Source of the DNA: Octopus bimaculoides
Lineage: Eukaryota
Direction of reading: 5' to 3'
Assembly (NCBI RefSeq): GCF_001194135.2
Contig: NC_068984.1
Location: 61,695,600 to 61,759,599, forward strand
Length of the DNA: 64,000 nt
In this document: positions 40,015 to 53,648 of the stretch, one piece after another
Numbering within the stretch: the stretch's first letter is position 1
How the letters are laid out: every line of letters starts with the position of its first letter
Position numbers and translations under genes: made by a program
The notes under the pieces: model-generated
The model's database searches: none
What the model was told of the DNA's origin: nothing
The model's input: only the letters and a program-made list of their open reading frames with translations

Positions 40015-40053
40015 GTCTCTGACGTTTCGGGCCTACGCTCTTCGACAGGAAGC
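40015..40053 (-). ncRNA. Minimal type-I hammerhead-like motif with CUGUCGA core variant
   Basis: Minus strand: CTTC-CTGTCGA-A-GAGC(gtag)GCCC-GAAA-CG-TC-AGAG; GUC triplet, palindromic ACGT stem III, one mismatch each in stems I and II. Confidence 0.55.
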
Positions 40054-40659
40054 AATATATACGTGCATATGTGTGTGTGTTTGTGTATGTGTGTGTGCGT
40101 GTGTGTGCGTGTGTGTGTATAATGATTGTGATTATTTATGACAAAAATTACTAATACATATAATTATAATAACAATATTAATTGAAGGTATAAACCCAAA
40201 ATACGTGAAATATCTCTGAATAAATAATGTACTCCTTACAGTAAAATGTAACCAAAACTGCTAGAATTTATTTTAATATAAATAAACATTTTAAAATCAC
40301 GATTCAACTGTAATACCAGTGGAGGTGACTATAAGATCAGAATTCAATTCGATTTAAAAAGTAACGCTATTACCTTTAACTGAATAACAATGCAAGAAGC
40401 TTGTTTGAATTAGTTCATTTTGAAAACGCCGTAATTGATGGACTCTTGATGAAATTGCATCGACTAGGATGCATAATTTCATACAGAGCAATGTGCAGTT
40501 GATGCAGTAGATACAAGTGTTGGCTATTTTTATTTATGCTGTGGAAAACCTTTTAGTAAAAAGTTTTGGGATGTGAATAAATCTCCACTCGCCTCTTGGA
40601 GTATATATGGACATACGCATCACATGTGTCTGTGCGTGTGCGTGTATATGTGCTTGCAT

Positions 40660-42951
40660 GTCTGAGCTATAGCATCTTGTCTCATCGGTAGATTATACCA
40701 TGATGACATTTTCGGACAGTTGTTTATGATGTAGGTGATATCTTCGGCGTTAACTCCACAAAGTCTGCATCGAATATCCCATTTTGCTGCCATTCTGTCC
40801 CCTTTGTGCATCAGGTATTTGGCTAATATTTCCTGTTCCTTGACTGCAAACGCATACCCTTCAAAGCGTGTGGTAGTAATCCGGTTGTTGATCAATGTAA
40901 TCGGGTTGTTGCTTTGATGATAAATGTTACTACCATCCTGGATCTTTCTGCAAACATATTCATGCATGATCTTCTGCTGACATATTCTCATCCTCTCATT
41001 GATGATATATTGCGGTAGAGTCGTCCGACTTCATTGGGCATGTATTTAGGTTTATCAGACAAGGAATCTGCTAAAAGATCTGCTTTCCAACTCTCATTAT
41101 GTTATCATCCTCATGTATGCAAATTTGGTCAAGGGATACACCTCCACACTTGGTGGTTAAAAGATGTTGCCGAAGGTATATGATACGATATCCAAAGGCA
41201 GTCTGGATTGATGTTAAGATTCTTCCCCCCTCCTACGGTTTTCGTTTTAGGTAGTGCGGTCTAAGTCACTGTTGATGTGAAAATTATCTGTGCTGGTTAG
41301 TATCTTCTGGGTTTTCACATCAATAGCTTGGATCTCCTCATGCATCCAATCAAGCAGCCCATATCCTGATATGAGTACTGCCATTACAAACACGTTGCAG
41401 GACAGTGTTTCATTGAATGCAGAGAGTTCTGAAATTCAAAGTTTCTTTATTCGGTTGTTATATACTTTAGTGATACATATCTTGTTACTAGTGCCATCAT
41501 AAGCTATGTTTTCATTCACTCCTGGATACCTGTAACATTCCTCATCAAAAATGGGGGAAACAGTTACATTATTGATGGAGACACTGCTAGTCTGGTTTAC
41601 TGTTTCCATTCTTACACAACCATATAGCAACATTTATCCTGACCAAACTCCAACCCTATATCTTTCGAGAATGTTGTAACCAGGTCAAGGCCCATTTTTC
41701 ATTTCCTGCATATTCTTTGCATATAGTTTCAAGTCAGCCACATAGAGACTGTGTAATTGTGGTATTTCTGTTACCTTGCGAACCGGTGAGATACCCTTCA
41801 GACTTCGTCAACATGAATCACAGAGAGGTTGACCCTTTGGAATATACCTCTGCGATACTGTATTCTGTCAGTGATAAACAATAACACTTTGCATTTAATT
41901 TCCACGACGGAGTCAGGTATTTAATTTCCACGATGACGTCAGGTGAATTATGGCTTTGACAATGCTCACTGGAAATTTAGCAAGACGAAGGGCTTCTAGC
42001 ATCCATGAGTAGGAAAAAGAGTGAAAGGCTTTCTTGCAGTCAGTCACATTAAAACTAGGTTTATCCTATGCTCTCGCACCACTGACATTAGAATTTTGTT
42101 TATTAACGATTGCTTGGCACATCCATGTTCTGTTGTGAGGATGTTATTATTTTCCGAATGGTCTTAAAGAAAACAATATCAACATGCTGTATATATTCTC
42201 TCCTGTACCTTCTGACTTGCTGTAATTTTTTGGTATGTAGGTGGTTCTGCTTTTGGAAGTCACTTTCATCTCTGCCAGAGCAAACCATGTGGTATGTTAC
42301 TATTTCCACTGAAAGCTTGCTGGCATATGTTGGTAAGTTATGGCTTATTGTACCAGTATCCAACAATCAAGACTTTTCCATATGCTTTTCCATTCTCAAG
42401 ATTGTTAATTATAGTTACAAGGGTATCACGATCAATGCTATATATCTTCGATGTATGCAGGGCAATAACTTCTTCGAAATTCTTTCAAACACAAAGCATC
42501 TCGGTTAAACTCCATCTTTTCACTCTATAATTTCTACCAAAAGAAATCTGTCTTCTCGTGAATGAGCTTCTATGATGTTTTCTGTTTCTCCTCTCATGTC
42601 TTTGTACACTGCTGCCTTGTTCCGGTTAAACTTTTTGTTTACTGTTTTTTTCCCCGGTTATTCTCTTCTGATGTCGGAGTTTCCAACTGACGGCTTTTAG
42701 CTCTTTTTTGTGGATGATTAGTTTTAAATGAGTATTCACTTTTTGCTTTCTCCAAACATCATTTCCAACTCCTTCGCTTTTCGTTGGCGAGATAAAGTGA
42801 GTTTCTTGTTTGCAAGCAATAAGCATTGTCGCATGGGTGAAGGTTTTTCGTAAATAAGTCAGCTTTTTTTGTCTTCAAAACCCATGATAGTACCTTCTTC
42901 GTTGTTTCGGGTTTATTTACTTTTTGAATGTCGTCCTGTATTGCTTTGCGG
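40660..42951 (-). mobile_element. R4/Dong-type LINE relic with reverse transcriptase and zinc knuckle
   Basis: RRGIFQ, LYVADLKLYAK (degenerate YxDD), GLEFGQDKC, YRYLGVNEN, RCRLCGVNAEDITYIINNCPK; many indels; ends at a gap and a microsatellite. Confidence 0.85.
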
Positions 42952-44093
42952 NNNNNNNNNNNNNNNNNNNNNNNNNNNNNNNNNNNNNNNNNNNNNNNNN
43001 NNATATATATACATACATACATACATACATACATACATACATACACACATACATACGTTCATACATACATACATACATATATACGTTCATGAGTGAGGAT
43101 GGAAGCGTGGGAATTAGTACTGCTTAACATGGAAACCATCATCTTTTATGATATAGTATTACACATTTAGAAGTGATTTATTTGTCCCTTTTAACTTTTA
43201 AATAATTGGCAGACAGTTGGGAATCTGTTTATTTGCAATTCGGGAAGAAAAAGAGGTTACTTTAGGGCAAGAATGATAAATTATAGCAAAAACGTCAAAG
43301 AAGCTAAATCAATAAAATGATATGAATAACATATTATAAAAGTATAACATTCTACCAATTTCGGAATCAAATTCTATTTTAGTTGACATATTTTGGGGAT
43401 TGGGATGGTATATTATATCGAGTCCCGCTCCACATTCCAACTAACTGAATGATACTTATTTTATCAACCTCTAAAATCCAAAGTCATCCAAAGCAAACGT
43501 AAAGAGTAGTCTGTATATAATATAAGACATCCCAAGATGTCTGATATCCATAGCATTACATTACGTTTGAGTGTTTATCGTGGCTGTTATTTCAGAGGTG
43601 AGAGCAAATAAAAGAACAAAATGATAAAAGACCGGATGCTTTTCAGTTAATGTAGCTGCATTTCGGAGACGTGTTATTTATTATAACCCGAAATTCACCA
43701 ATATATAACAATAAAATATATAACGTTTGACAAATGATTCTTGAGTTATATCTGAGATACTTTCTAAGGAATCCTAAGATGCAAACTTTAGCCTCATAAT
43801 ACTAAATTTTTGGGAAATGTTATGGGTATTTATTTTACTATAATAATCTGCCGTTTTATTGAATATAACTTAGTTCATACGTTATAAATCATATCAGAAA
43901 AGCCAATATATGTGTGCGTGCGTTTGTGTATGTGTATAAGATGTGTATCTGTGTGTATAAGAGGTTTGAACAATGTTTATATACACATACAAGTTGTGGG
44001 GGAGGGTCTTTTTTGTTTGGCTGCCACTTTTCAGTTTCTTTGATTTTTGTTCCAGTTGTGTTCATACTGGGTCGATTGGTGCAGTTATTTTAA

Positions 44094-44740
44094 GGGGATC
44101 ATTGACATGAAATTTATTTTCGCCATAAATCCATAAATAAAGTCATAGCTTTTAAAGTGTGCAAATTTTGGGTAATTTTAATCAATCGAAAGCCAGTCAT
44201 ATAGATACCTGTTTCCATAGTAACAAGGCAAGTTGATAACAAGCTGTTTACCTCTCTATTGTGGTCCTGTCGAGCTACGTGATAATTTTTCGCTTATTCA
44301 ATGCGTGAAACACGATGTACGAGTTGGTCGTGAGATGCGTTAAAAATAACAGCTAAGTAGGCCTTAAATCACAGAACAAAATTGTTTTTGTGTTGCTTTT
44401 TTTCTGCATAAGCCTAATAATTACCGTGTGTAGAATACAAATTCACAAAAGTTTTCTAAATCTCAAAAAAAAAAAGAGCTATGCGGTGATACATGTCGTG
44501 CAAAAAGCAGAATTTCTCCTGTATTTCGTTTGTTTAGAGTTCACATCACGTCCTGTCATTTTGTGCATGACAGCTTCCAAATCTTGTTTTTGTGACTGGA
44601 TAAAAATAATCAAACTTTAAACCTCTGTAACATTTCGTAAAACTTTTTCTGGAGAAAGTCAAATATCCCCTGAGATTCAGCATGGAAAATTATATCAATA
44701 GGATCTAGTTAAATACATTCACAGAATCTGCATTTTTTAA
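44094..44740 (+). mobile_element. Non-autonomous DNA transposon (TTAA-flanked, Kolobok-like), copy 1
   Basis: Three blocks shared with 56738-57371; starts TTAA|GG; right end approximate. Confidence 0.4.
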
Positions 44741-45186
44741 AAGGAAGTGAAAAAATCTGAAAATCTGTGAAGCCATATTTTTGTGAAGAAAAAATCTGAC
44801 GGAAAAGATACAGACATTTACCCCCCCCCCCCCAAAAAAAAAATCTGTGTATTTTTAGCCAACAGAAATTTTGTGCGTTTTAGCGGCGTCAACTTTAAGG
44901 TTGTAATCAGTGAAATTTATAGTTTATCGTCTGTGAAATGACCTGTTACCTAATAATGTCGACATGTATCATCTTACTGTTCCTTTTGTCCCTCCATTGA
45001 GTTCTATAGTTGTTTGTAATTATTATTTTTAAAGATTTGTTATATTAATATATTTGTATGCAGGTATTTACTTTATACGTATTTCAGTATTATGCATTAA
45101 TATATTAATATATATGTGCATGTGATCTGTTCTGTGGTATACTCAGCCAGTTATATGCTAAAGTAATGTGTAATCATAAGACTACA

Positions 45187-45303
45187 AGCTGACAAAATCA
45201 GTAGCACACTGGGCAAAATGCTTTACATTCTGAGTTCAAATTTCACCTAGGTTGACTTTGCCTTTCATCCTTTGAGGGTTGATAAAATAAGTACCAGTTG
45301 AAT
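45187..45303 (+). mobile_element. SINE family B fragment
   Basis: ttctgagttcaaatt...gactttgcctttcatccttt...gataaaataagtaccagttg. Confidence 0.65.
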
Positions 45304-45891
45304 GTGTGACCAGTTCATTTGATCATACAACTGGAATGCTCATCCAAGAAACAAATGAAGATCCATTTCCTTTAGCTTTTGTTTACTAATACACATCAGC
45401 AAATGAGCCAATGAGGTAATCTCCGTTTGGTTTTTCAATTTATTAGAAATAACAACCAAATCCCCCTCACACTATGCTTTAATATTTATTAAATGAAAGA
45501 CACATTAAATAATGCCGTTCTGCATCTTCAGTAAAAATACAGAATGGCTCATTTTAGACTGACCAGGGTTTACACTGACAGGCATTTATTTGTTGCAACC
45601 ATTGCGAGTGTACCGCCAATACAACTTCCCACGAATCACTTTCTTACGCATGTTGTGCCTAGATTTAACGCACCTCTTTTTTTAGGGATGACACCCTTTC
45701 TTGCAAATAATTTACTGTATCCATCTCTGTTTTCAAGATCGCCTTCAGAGTATTCAAAATCTCCTGCAATGAAATGGCCTGTGTGTAGATAAAAAAAAAC
45801 AGATAAAAACAAACACATAAAAGTAAACAAATAAAAGCTTCACAAAATATATGTAAAATATATATACTTTAAATTTAATTTTTTATTTTTA

Positions 45892-46059
45892 TTAGTTTCA
45901 GTCATTTGACTGGAGCCATGCTGGAGCACCCCCTTTAGTCGAGCAAATCGATCCCAGAACTTATTCTATCGGTCTCTGTTGCCGAACCGCTAAGTGACGG
46001 GGATGTAAACATATCAGCATTGGTTGTCAAGCGATGTTGGGGTGACAGACACAGACACA

Positions 46060-46102
<43 letters not shown>

Positions 46103-46389
46103 NNNNNNNNNNNNNNNNNNNNNNNNNNNNNNNNNNNNNNNNNNNNNNNNNNNNNNNNNNNNNNNNNNNNNNNNNNNNNNNNNNNNNNNNNNNNNNNNNN
46201 NNNNNNNNNNNNNNNNNATATATATACGAGCAGCTTCTTTCAGTTTCCATGAACCAAATCCACTCACAAGGCTTTGGTCGCTCCGAGGCTATAGTAGAAG
46301 ACACTTGCCCAAGGTGCTACGCAGTGGGATTGAACCCAGAACCATGTGGTTGGTAAGCAAGCTACTTACCACACAGCCACTCCTGCGCC
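45892..46389 (-). mobile_element. SINE family A, full length (contains a gap)
   Basis: A-box-like TGGCTGTGTGG and B-box GTTCAATCC on the minus strand; internal microsatellite; tail gactgaaac. Confidence 0.85.
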
Positions 46390-46977
46390 TATATATGAAA
46401 CAAATATGCAAAATATTAAGGCAATTCACGAAAAATACCTACAATAAAATTCTAATTGATAAATATAAATTTTTATAAAAACAAAACACGCGGGTGAAGT
46501 GAATCTTGTGGTGTGAAGAATCGACACAACACAACGTGCGGGTGAAATTGGCTAAAATTACCCAAATGTCCCAACTTTAATTCCAAATAACATCACATTC
46601 TTTAATTTAAGACATAAAGTAATTAGTTGAGCAAAATCAAATTCCAGAATTGCATCGATAAACCAAATAGAAAACAATCTAAGCAAAATTAAAGGGGATT
46701 AATTTTGAGAATGAATTCAATTAGATCCCATCAATAGACCAAATTTTAAAATTGTCACTAAACTTTAAACTTTCCGCAGGTGCAGCCAAACAGAAAAGAT
46801 CCCAGATGGGGACATAGCATTAGCGATTGTACAATTAAAGAACACGATCGTGATTCGCTAAAATATTACTAGCGTCATAAAAAAGAATCTGACCGTTCAA
46901 GATTTTGTGTGGAACCGGACTTAATAACAATGCCATATTTTGTCTGGATAGTCTCACCATGGCAATCACTATATATA

Positions 46978-47410
46978 CAGCACAGGAGTGGCTGAGTGGT
47001 AAGTAGCTTGCCTTCCAACAACATGGTTCCGGGTTGAGTCCCACTGCGTGGCACCTTGGATAAGTGTCTTCTATTATAGCCTCGGGCCGACCAAAGCCTT
47101 GTGAGTGGATTTGGTAGTCAGAAGCTGAAAGAATCTCATCGTATATATATGTATATGTATATATATGTGTGTGTGTGTGTGTGTGCGTGTGTGTGTGTGT
47201 GTGTGTGTCTGTGTTTGTCCCCCCAACATCGCTTGACAACCGATGCTGGTGTGTCTACGCCCCCGTCACTTAACAGTTCAGCAAAATGGACCGATAGAAT
47301 AACTACTAGACCTACAAAGGATAAGTTCTGGGGTCGATTTGCTCGACTAAAGGCGGTGCTCCAGCATGGCCGCAGTCAAACGACTGAAACAAGTAAAGAG
47401 TAAAAGAGAG
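46978..47410 (+). mobile_element. SINE family A, full length
   Basis: A-box TGGCTGAGTGG, degenerate B-box GTTGAGTCC, body and tail match the minus copy. Confidence 0.85.
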
Positions 47411-49034
47411 CGTATTTTAGCCTCTGCGACAGGCAGTATACAGCAGTCAACAAACGGCCGTGAGCAGACAGTAGCAGCGAACCAGCGGCAGCAGCAGCAG
47501 CAGTAGCAGACCACTGCTGTCAGAAAACAAAAACTGTGAACGGTGTTGACAACAACTCACCATCATCAACTAACACTAAGAAACTCACGACAGCAACTAT
47601 TATCACATGTAGTTCAACAACAATGACTCTCGAAATAGCCCGGTGTTTGTAATCGGAAGTAACAACAACAATTTTGTTAACGATATAAATAAATACTTTT
47701 TAATAAAAAATCTCAAAGCGATTTCTGTGTTCTTTTTTGTAACACGGCTCTTCGGTTGCCAAGAATTACAGAAGACTCCGTGATAACAGTCTTATATATA
47801 TGTAGAATGTAGAATGATTGTGAAAATGATGTGCGAAATATGGTTTCAGAATTCCTTCACTATCACGCGTGAAACAGGATTTCACTGTGGAACGAAGAAG
47901 AACATTGGTTTAGTGGTGAGTGCCAAATATTAATTTTACTGAATTGAAATTATTTTGAAGACTTTGTTGCAAATGCCTTGTAGAATATCTCGTTATATGT
48001 TCAACATCCACACATTCTTCAATACATTTTCTTTCTACAATGCTGACTTATGGATTTTCAACAATCTCTTTCCAGTTAAAACAGGGTTAGACTATTTCTG
48101 CTTGATACCTACGCGATCGGATATTTTGGAATTATTTTCATCGAATCTATCTTTATGATTACAAGGATAGCCAGTACCCAATTTATTCTTCGTATACCTT
48201 GCAAATTGAACGGCTTAAATTGTATTTAGGAAAATTGTATCAAGGCAACTTTTCAGTTATGTGCAAGCATGGAAACTGGAGAATACTTTGGAAAATATTT
48301 AGATCTGTGGGCAATAAAAAAGTTTCGAAATTCTATCTCTTGTGTAGGGACGATCTTTCAGAACAAAGAGGGATACAGAGAAAGTAAATATGCTTATTAA
48401 AGATAATTCAAATCTTAATTGAATAAGCTAAAGCAACATACTGAAAATATAGATGACGATTGCTATCCACAATCACTCATACTAACGCGTGGTCGACCAT
48501 ATATACAAATACAGACATGATTTACTGATACTTGCACTGAAGCAAGTGACCCATATCTCTATATTTGGCTATTCTAATAGTCTAGAATATTTAACTCCGA
48601 TCACCAAATGATCCATTCACGGGATTATCAAAAGCCTTCAAAATGTTGACACAATTAGTGCCCTCATAGTAAAGTGACTCCTGTACGGGAACTCTGTGCA
48701 CAATTATTGGTCATAGCATCACATAACACATCTTTAAATTTTGTGCAACTATCGTAGCATAGGATGTCATGGAGCCCTCATTAAATTCCATGATAACTGA
48801 CTTTGTGACAATCTTGAATCAATCAAACTCAGAAATTTAAGCAAAAATCTTTCCATATAATTTTTAAAATTTACCAACTTTGGACCTAGCAAGAGAACAA
48901 CGGCGTAAGTTTCAGCGATTTCTTTTCATATTATTTTGAAAATTATGAGATTATGAAACAAGTTAAATTCAAACAAACAAAAAATAAGCATACTTATAAA
49001 TTCAAGGTGTATTTCCCAAAAGATTTCATATAAC

Positions 49035-49084
<50 letters not shown>

Positions 49085-50184
49085 TTAGTAAATATAAAGC
49101 CCTTTCTTACACTCAATGCTTTTTGAGTCAGCAGACAAAAGTTTGCTTTACCGGCTGTTTTAGAGGATTGAATGAATATTTCTTTAAAGTTATTGTACGA
49201 TAGGGCATATCTAAATACAGAATGAGTGTACATCGTACGCAATAGTAATTAACTTTAATGAAACTAGGTTTATTTGTTGCTTTCCGACGAGCAGCTGCTA
49301 GTCGATGATTGTCCCAAAACTTCGGTACCAAAACAGGCGATGGGAATAGGGGAATTGTTGAAGAATAATTCCGGAGCACTTCAAAATATATATTGTAGTT
49401 CATGGCACCATTTTCACACACCTAGTTCAAGAACATTTCAGATTCTTGATTAAGGATTAATCAATGCATATTATTGGTGTAACATATATAGTGATCGATA
49501 GGATATATGAAACATGACATGACAAAGCATTATCATGTCCTACTTTTATGAATTGACTGCATACTTTTAACAAAATTTCGTTGTTCACTACGTTCGCTAA
49601 TTATGCAAGGGGGAAATCAAACTATTGGAACTGTTCTAAGACTGAAATTAAAACAATGTTACAAAAGTCTTAATATTTCGCAAACGTTCCTCAAGGGATC
49701 AGTTTATTTATATGGAAAATAGTTCATAGAGTTAGCATTAAAAAGGGAAAGAAATAAAAGAAAATTACACCGATGCCAAGGGAAACAACAGTCAAGTTAT
49801 CAATAAATTTGTGCAAATCTACGGGCATCTGGGTGCTTCTGGAGAATATATCATACATTAAGGAAAAATCTGATTCACGTTATTAGATTTATTCATTTAC
49901 AAATTTCACTCAGATTGTCGTTATTAGGAGAAACAAAGAAGTGTGTTTTTTAAGATTACGAATTTGTATGTCCATAGTACCCGATTGCAAATGATACTTC
50001 TGATTTCTTTAGGCGAGTAAGATCAGTAGAATACTTCGCAATAATACTTGTTGAACTAATGCGATACAGTGAATGTTTTTCTATATTAGTTGTATGGTAA
50101 CATGTATGGGTGACTTGTTTAATATGTATATGCAAATTTGCATTATGTGGATTTCTTGATTTATGTCAAATCGATATATTCCGT

Positions 50185-50530
50185 GTAGGGCGGAAGTAGC
50201 ATCTTGATGAATAGTTCAAACCCTACAGGTCTATAAATAGATTCGGTAGTTGGTGGGGAGGTCAGCCATAGAGACAAAAGAATCTTCGAATCTTTAGGTC
50301 AGCAAAGGTCAAATGTGTTTACTACTACTAGAGACTACTGAGAGTGCTGACCTGCTGACCTTGCCCTTGAAAGAAGCAATTCACCATGTTCTAATTGTCA
50401 TTACTGGTAGAGAAAACAATAATATTTATATATGTGCTGACATTCACGTCGATGAATTTTTTAATGGCTGACGTGACAGCAGATGGACGTGACAGAGGTT
50501 GGACGTGTTCTTCGCTGCTCTGACCTGTCA
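50185..50530. promoter_or_regulatory. Candidate promoter/enhancer module
   Basis: GCGGAAGT 50190, CTATAAATAG 50231, AGGTCA half-sites at 50259, 50296, 50306, 50348, 50356 and 50521, GACGTG at 50470, 50486 and 50502. Confidence 0.4.
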
Positions 50531-50596
50531 GTAAATGAAGACACAGAAACACTAATACAACCCAGCAGGACAACTGAAAAACAACTCTCAAAAACT

Positions 50597-51530
50597 GAAA
50601 TATCTACAATTCCCTGTCAGTATTTTGAATTGCCTTCAAAATAAGTTAAGAAACTTAAATATGTATAGTTTTCGAACACATAAACGATCAACTTTAAAAA
50701 CTCTAACATCTACAACTTCTGTGAATACCTATCCTTTCCTTTCTGTCTAAGTATTCGGAAAAGTAAACATCCTCTTGATTCTACGAACACTACAATTTTC
50801 TCTGTTCGGACAGACAAAAGATCATCTCCAGTAAATTTTAAAACCTTAAATCTATAATTGTCTGAAAATTTTACTATCCTTTTCTTTTCTTTCCTCTCTC
50901 CCTAAACATTCGAAAATATAAACATCCTTTTTATTGCAAAATCTCTAGTCCTCTCTGCACGGGCATACAGACGAACATCTCTCAATAAAAGTTAGAAACT
51001 TTAATAACTCCAATTGTGTGTGCACATGTTATTTTTCCTTTTTCCCTGACTACCCGAATATGTAAACATGCTTTTTATTGTAACAACACAATTAAATGCA
51101 GCCCCCCCCCCCNNNNNNNNNNNNNNNNNNNNNNNNNNNNNNNNNNNNNNNNNACACAAAAAATTAAGGAGGTAAGGACCTGCCAATATATACATACTGC
51201 ACAACTACAAAAGCTGTAAGCCACAGCAAAACGTTTAAAAAGAAATGAAACATTCCAAAAGAGAAAGAACTTTAGAAATTCAAAAATGCAACAATATGAT
51301 CATCTCTTCCTCCTACTATTCCCAAAGACTGGAATATCTACAATTTCCTGTGAATATTTTAAATTGCTCTGAAAATAAGTTCGGAATCTTACATACCTAC
51401 AGCTTTCGAACACACACATGATCAGTTCAGAGAAAAAAACTCTAGTAACTACAACTTCTGTGAATACCTATCCTTTCCATCCTTCTTGAGTATTCGAAAA
51501 TGTAAACATCCATTTCATTGCAAAAATACT
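50597..51530 (+). repeat. Diverged ~190-bp direct repeat (50597-50790 and 51331-51530) with shorter sub-repeats
   Basis: Both copies share aatatctacaatt...tttcgaacaca...ctacaacttctgtgaatacctatcctttcc...gtaaacatcc. Confidence 0.75.
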
Positions 51531-51547
51531 ACTGTATTCTCTAACTG

Positions 51548-51655
51548 GATAAACGTTTCGCTGTCATTCCCAGGGCACCTATGACAATAGGTATTGTTTT
51601 AGTCTTCAGATTCCACATTTTGATAATTTCTATTTCGAGATCTTTATATTTGCTC
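51548..51655 (-). mobile_element. R4/Dong-type LINE fragment (third family)
   Basis: SKYKDLEIEIIKMWNLKTKTIPIVIGALGMTAKR; abuts (TTA)n. Confidence 0.75.
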
Positions 51656-51660
51656 TATCA

Positions 51661-51935
<275 letters not shown>

Positions 51936-51984
51936 TATTGTTATTATTATTATTATTATTATTATGATTATTATGATTATTATG

Positions 51985-52018
<34 letters not shown>

Positions 52019-53522
52019 CAAAAAGTATCAACAGTATCAAAAGCAATCTTATGCAAAATAAATAAAAAAACAGACTAAAACAAAAGCAACAACATCAAAT
52101 AGTTAGAATACAAACGATGGTTCTTTTTCTTACTTTCAGGTAGTCAATAATCTCTCACCTTCCCCCTTTGAATCGCTGAAAAATTTAGTTGTACCCATAC
52201 TAAAATGCAGCTTCTTTGAAGAAGTTATCGGCATGTAACTCTTATTCAGATTAGTATATCGATGAATATGTACAAATTTAAACTTGCAAATTATGATGTA
52301 AGATATTACATACACAGAATAGCGATTTGCTGTAAATCCTATTTCAATGTCCTCCACCTTTATTTTCCGCTCTTTGTGTTGTCCATAGAATAATGGTAAT
52401 TATAACAAGAATTTGTAATTAACTTTAGAACAATTAATATTCTTATAATTAAATACATTTCTAATTATAATTAATATAATTATAATTAATAAAATCGCAT
52501 GTTTAGCGGTTTCTATCAATGTTCTTATAGATTGGTATTATTGTGTTAGATATAACTAATTAATCGTATTTATTCATATGGCTCACATTAGCTGACCCAT
52601 GTAAACTATCTTCTAAAAGTTTTGAAGGCGTCCGCCACAAAAGAAAGAGATAAAAAGGATAAAAATGTACACGAGTACTTAAATGAACATGAAACAATCT
52701 ACGAAGTGATATAAAGCTTAAATAAGATAACCAAATGTTGAATTTCTTCTAAATATTTAGGAGGACAAATAACAGATGCTCTATGTCTCGATGACTTCAT
52801 TATATCAAAATTACTTAGCATTATATTTTAGTCTCAGTTGACGAATTGGCTATTGTAGCATTCGTTTTATAACTTAGCCTAGTGACCTGTCAGTTATCGA
52901 CTTGCAATATACGAACAAAGAGATCAATCAATATTTAGGTTCATCATATATTGAATTATATGGCATATTAATCGATATAGAGTACTCAATTAATGTAGTT
53001 TCACACAAAGCCAATGCATATGAAAACATCTAAAATTAATAAATATAAAATACAATATGTACCATGCCTATGTTTGTCTGTAAGTGCTGGAGTGAAAATC
53101 AGTTTATACTATTGTAAATACAAACGAAAATGCACTTGGAGATATCTCCAATCATTTCTCGTGTCTGAAGGCAGTTTTACTGGTGATCACACTAAGTGTT
53201 AAAATAGCAAGTTATCAAATTCGAAACTGAACGTTAGGTAACTAATAATAATGCCTATTGTTTTAATAATTACGATATATTGTGAAATATTTCCCCTTTT
53301 ATTTAGTTATAATGAATAACAACGTAATTATCATGCACATTATATATTACATTCTCAGCAGTAATCCTGTTTTGTTATTAAATATAAATTAACTGCCATA
53401 AATATTTTTGGTTAGAAAATATTATAGTGATTAATTTAATTAAACAAATCCCCATTCTTTTAAAAGCGTCGCATGTTATTCTCTATTTAAAATTTCATAA
53501 AAGAATGTGTTCTCAGCATTCC

Positions 53523-53611
53523 TTTCTTCTTCTTCTTCTTCTTCTTCTTCTTCTTCTTCTTCTTCTTCTTCTTCTTCTTCTTCTTCTTCTTCTTCTTCTT
53601 CTTCTTCTTCT

Positions 53612-53647
<36 letters not shown>

Positions 53648-53648
53648 T
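53523..53648. repeat. (CTT)n then (TTTC)n microsatellite
   Basis: Direct. Confidence 0.95.
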
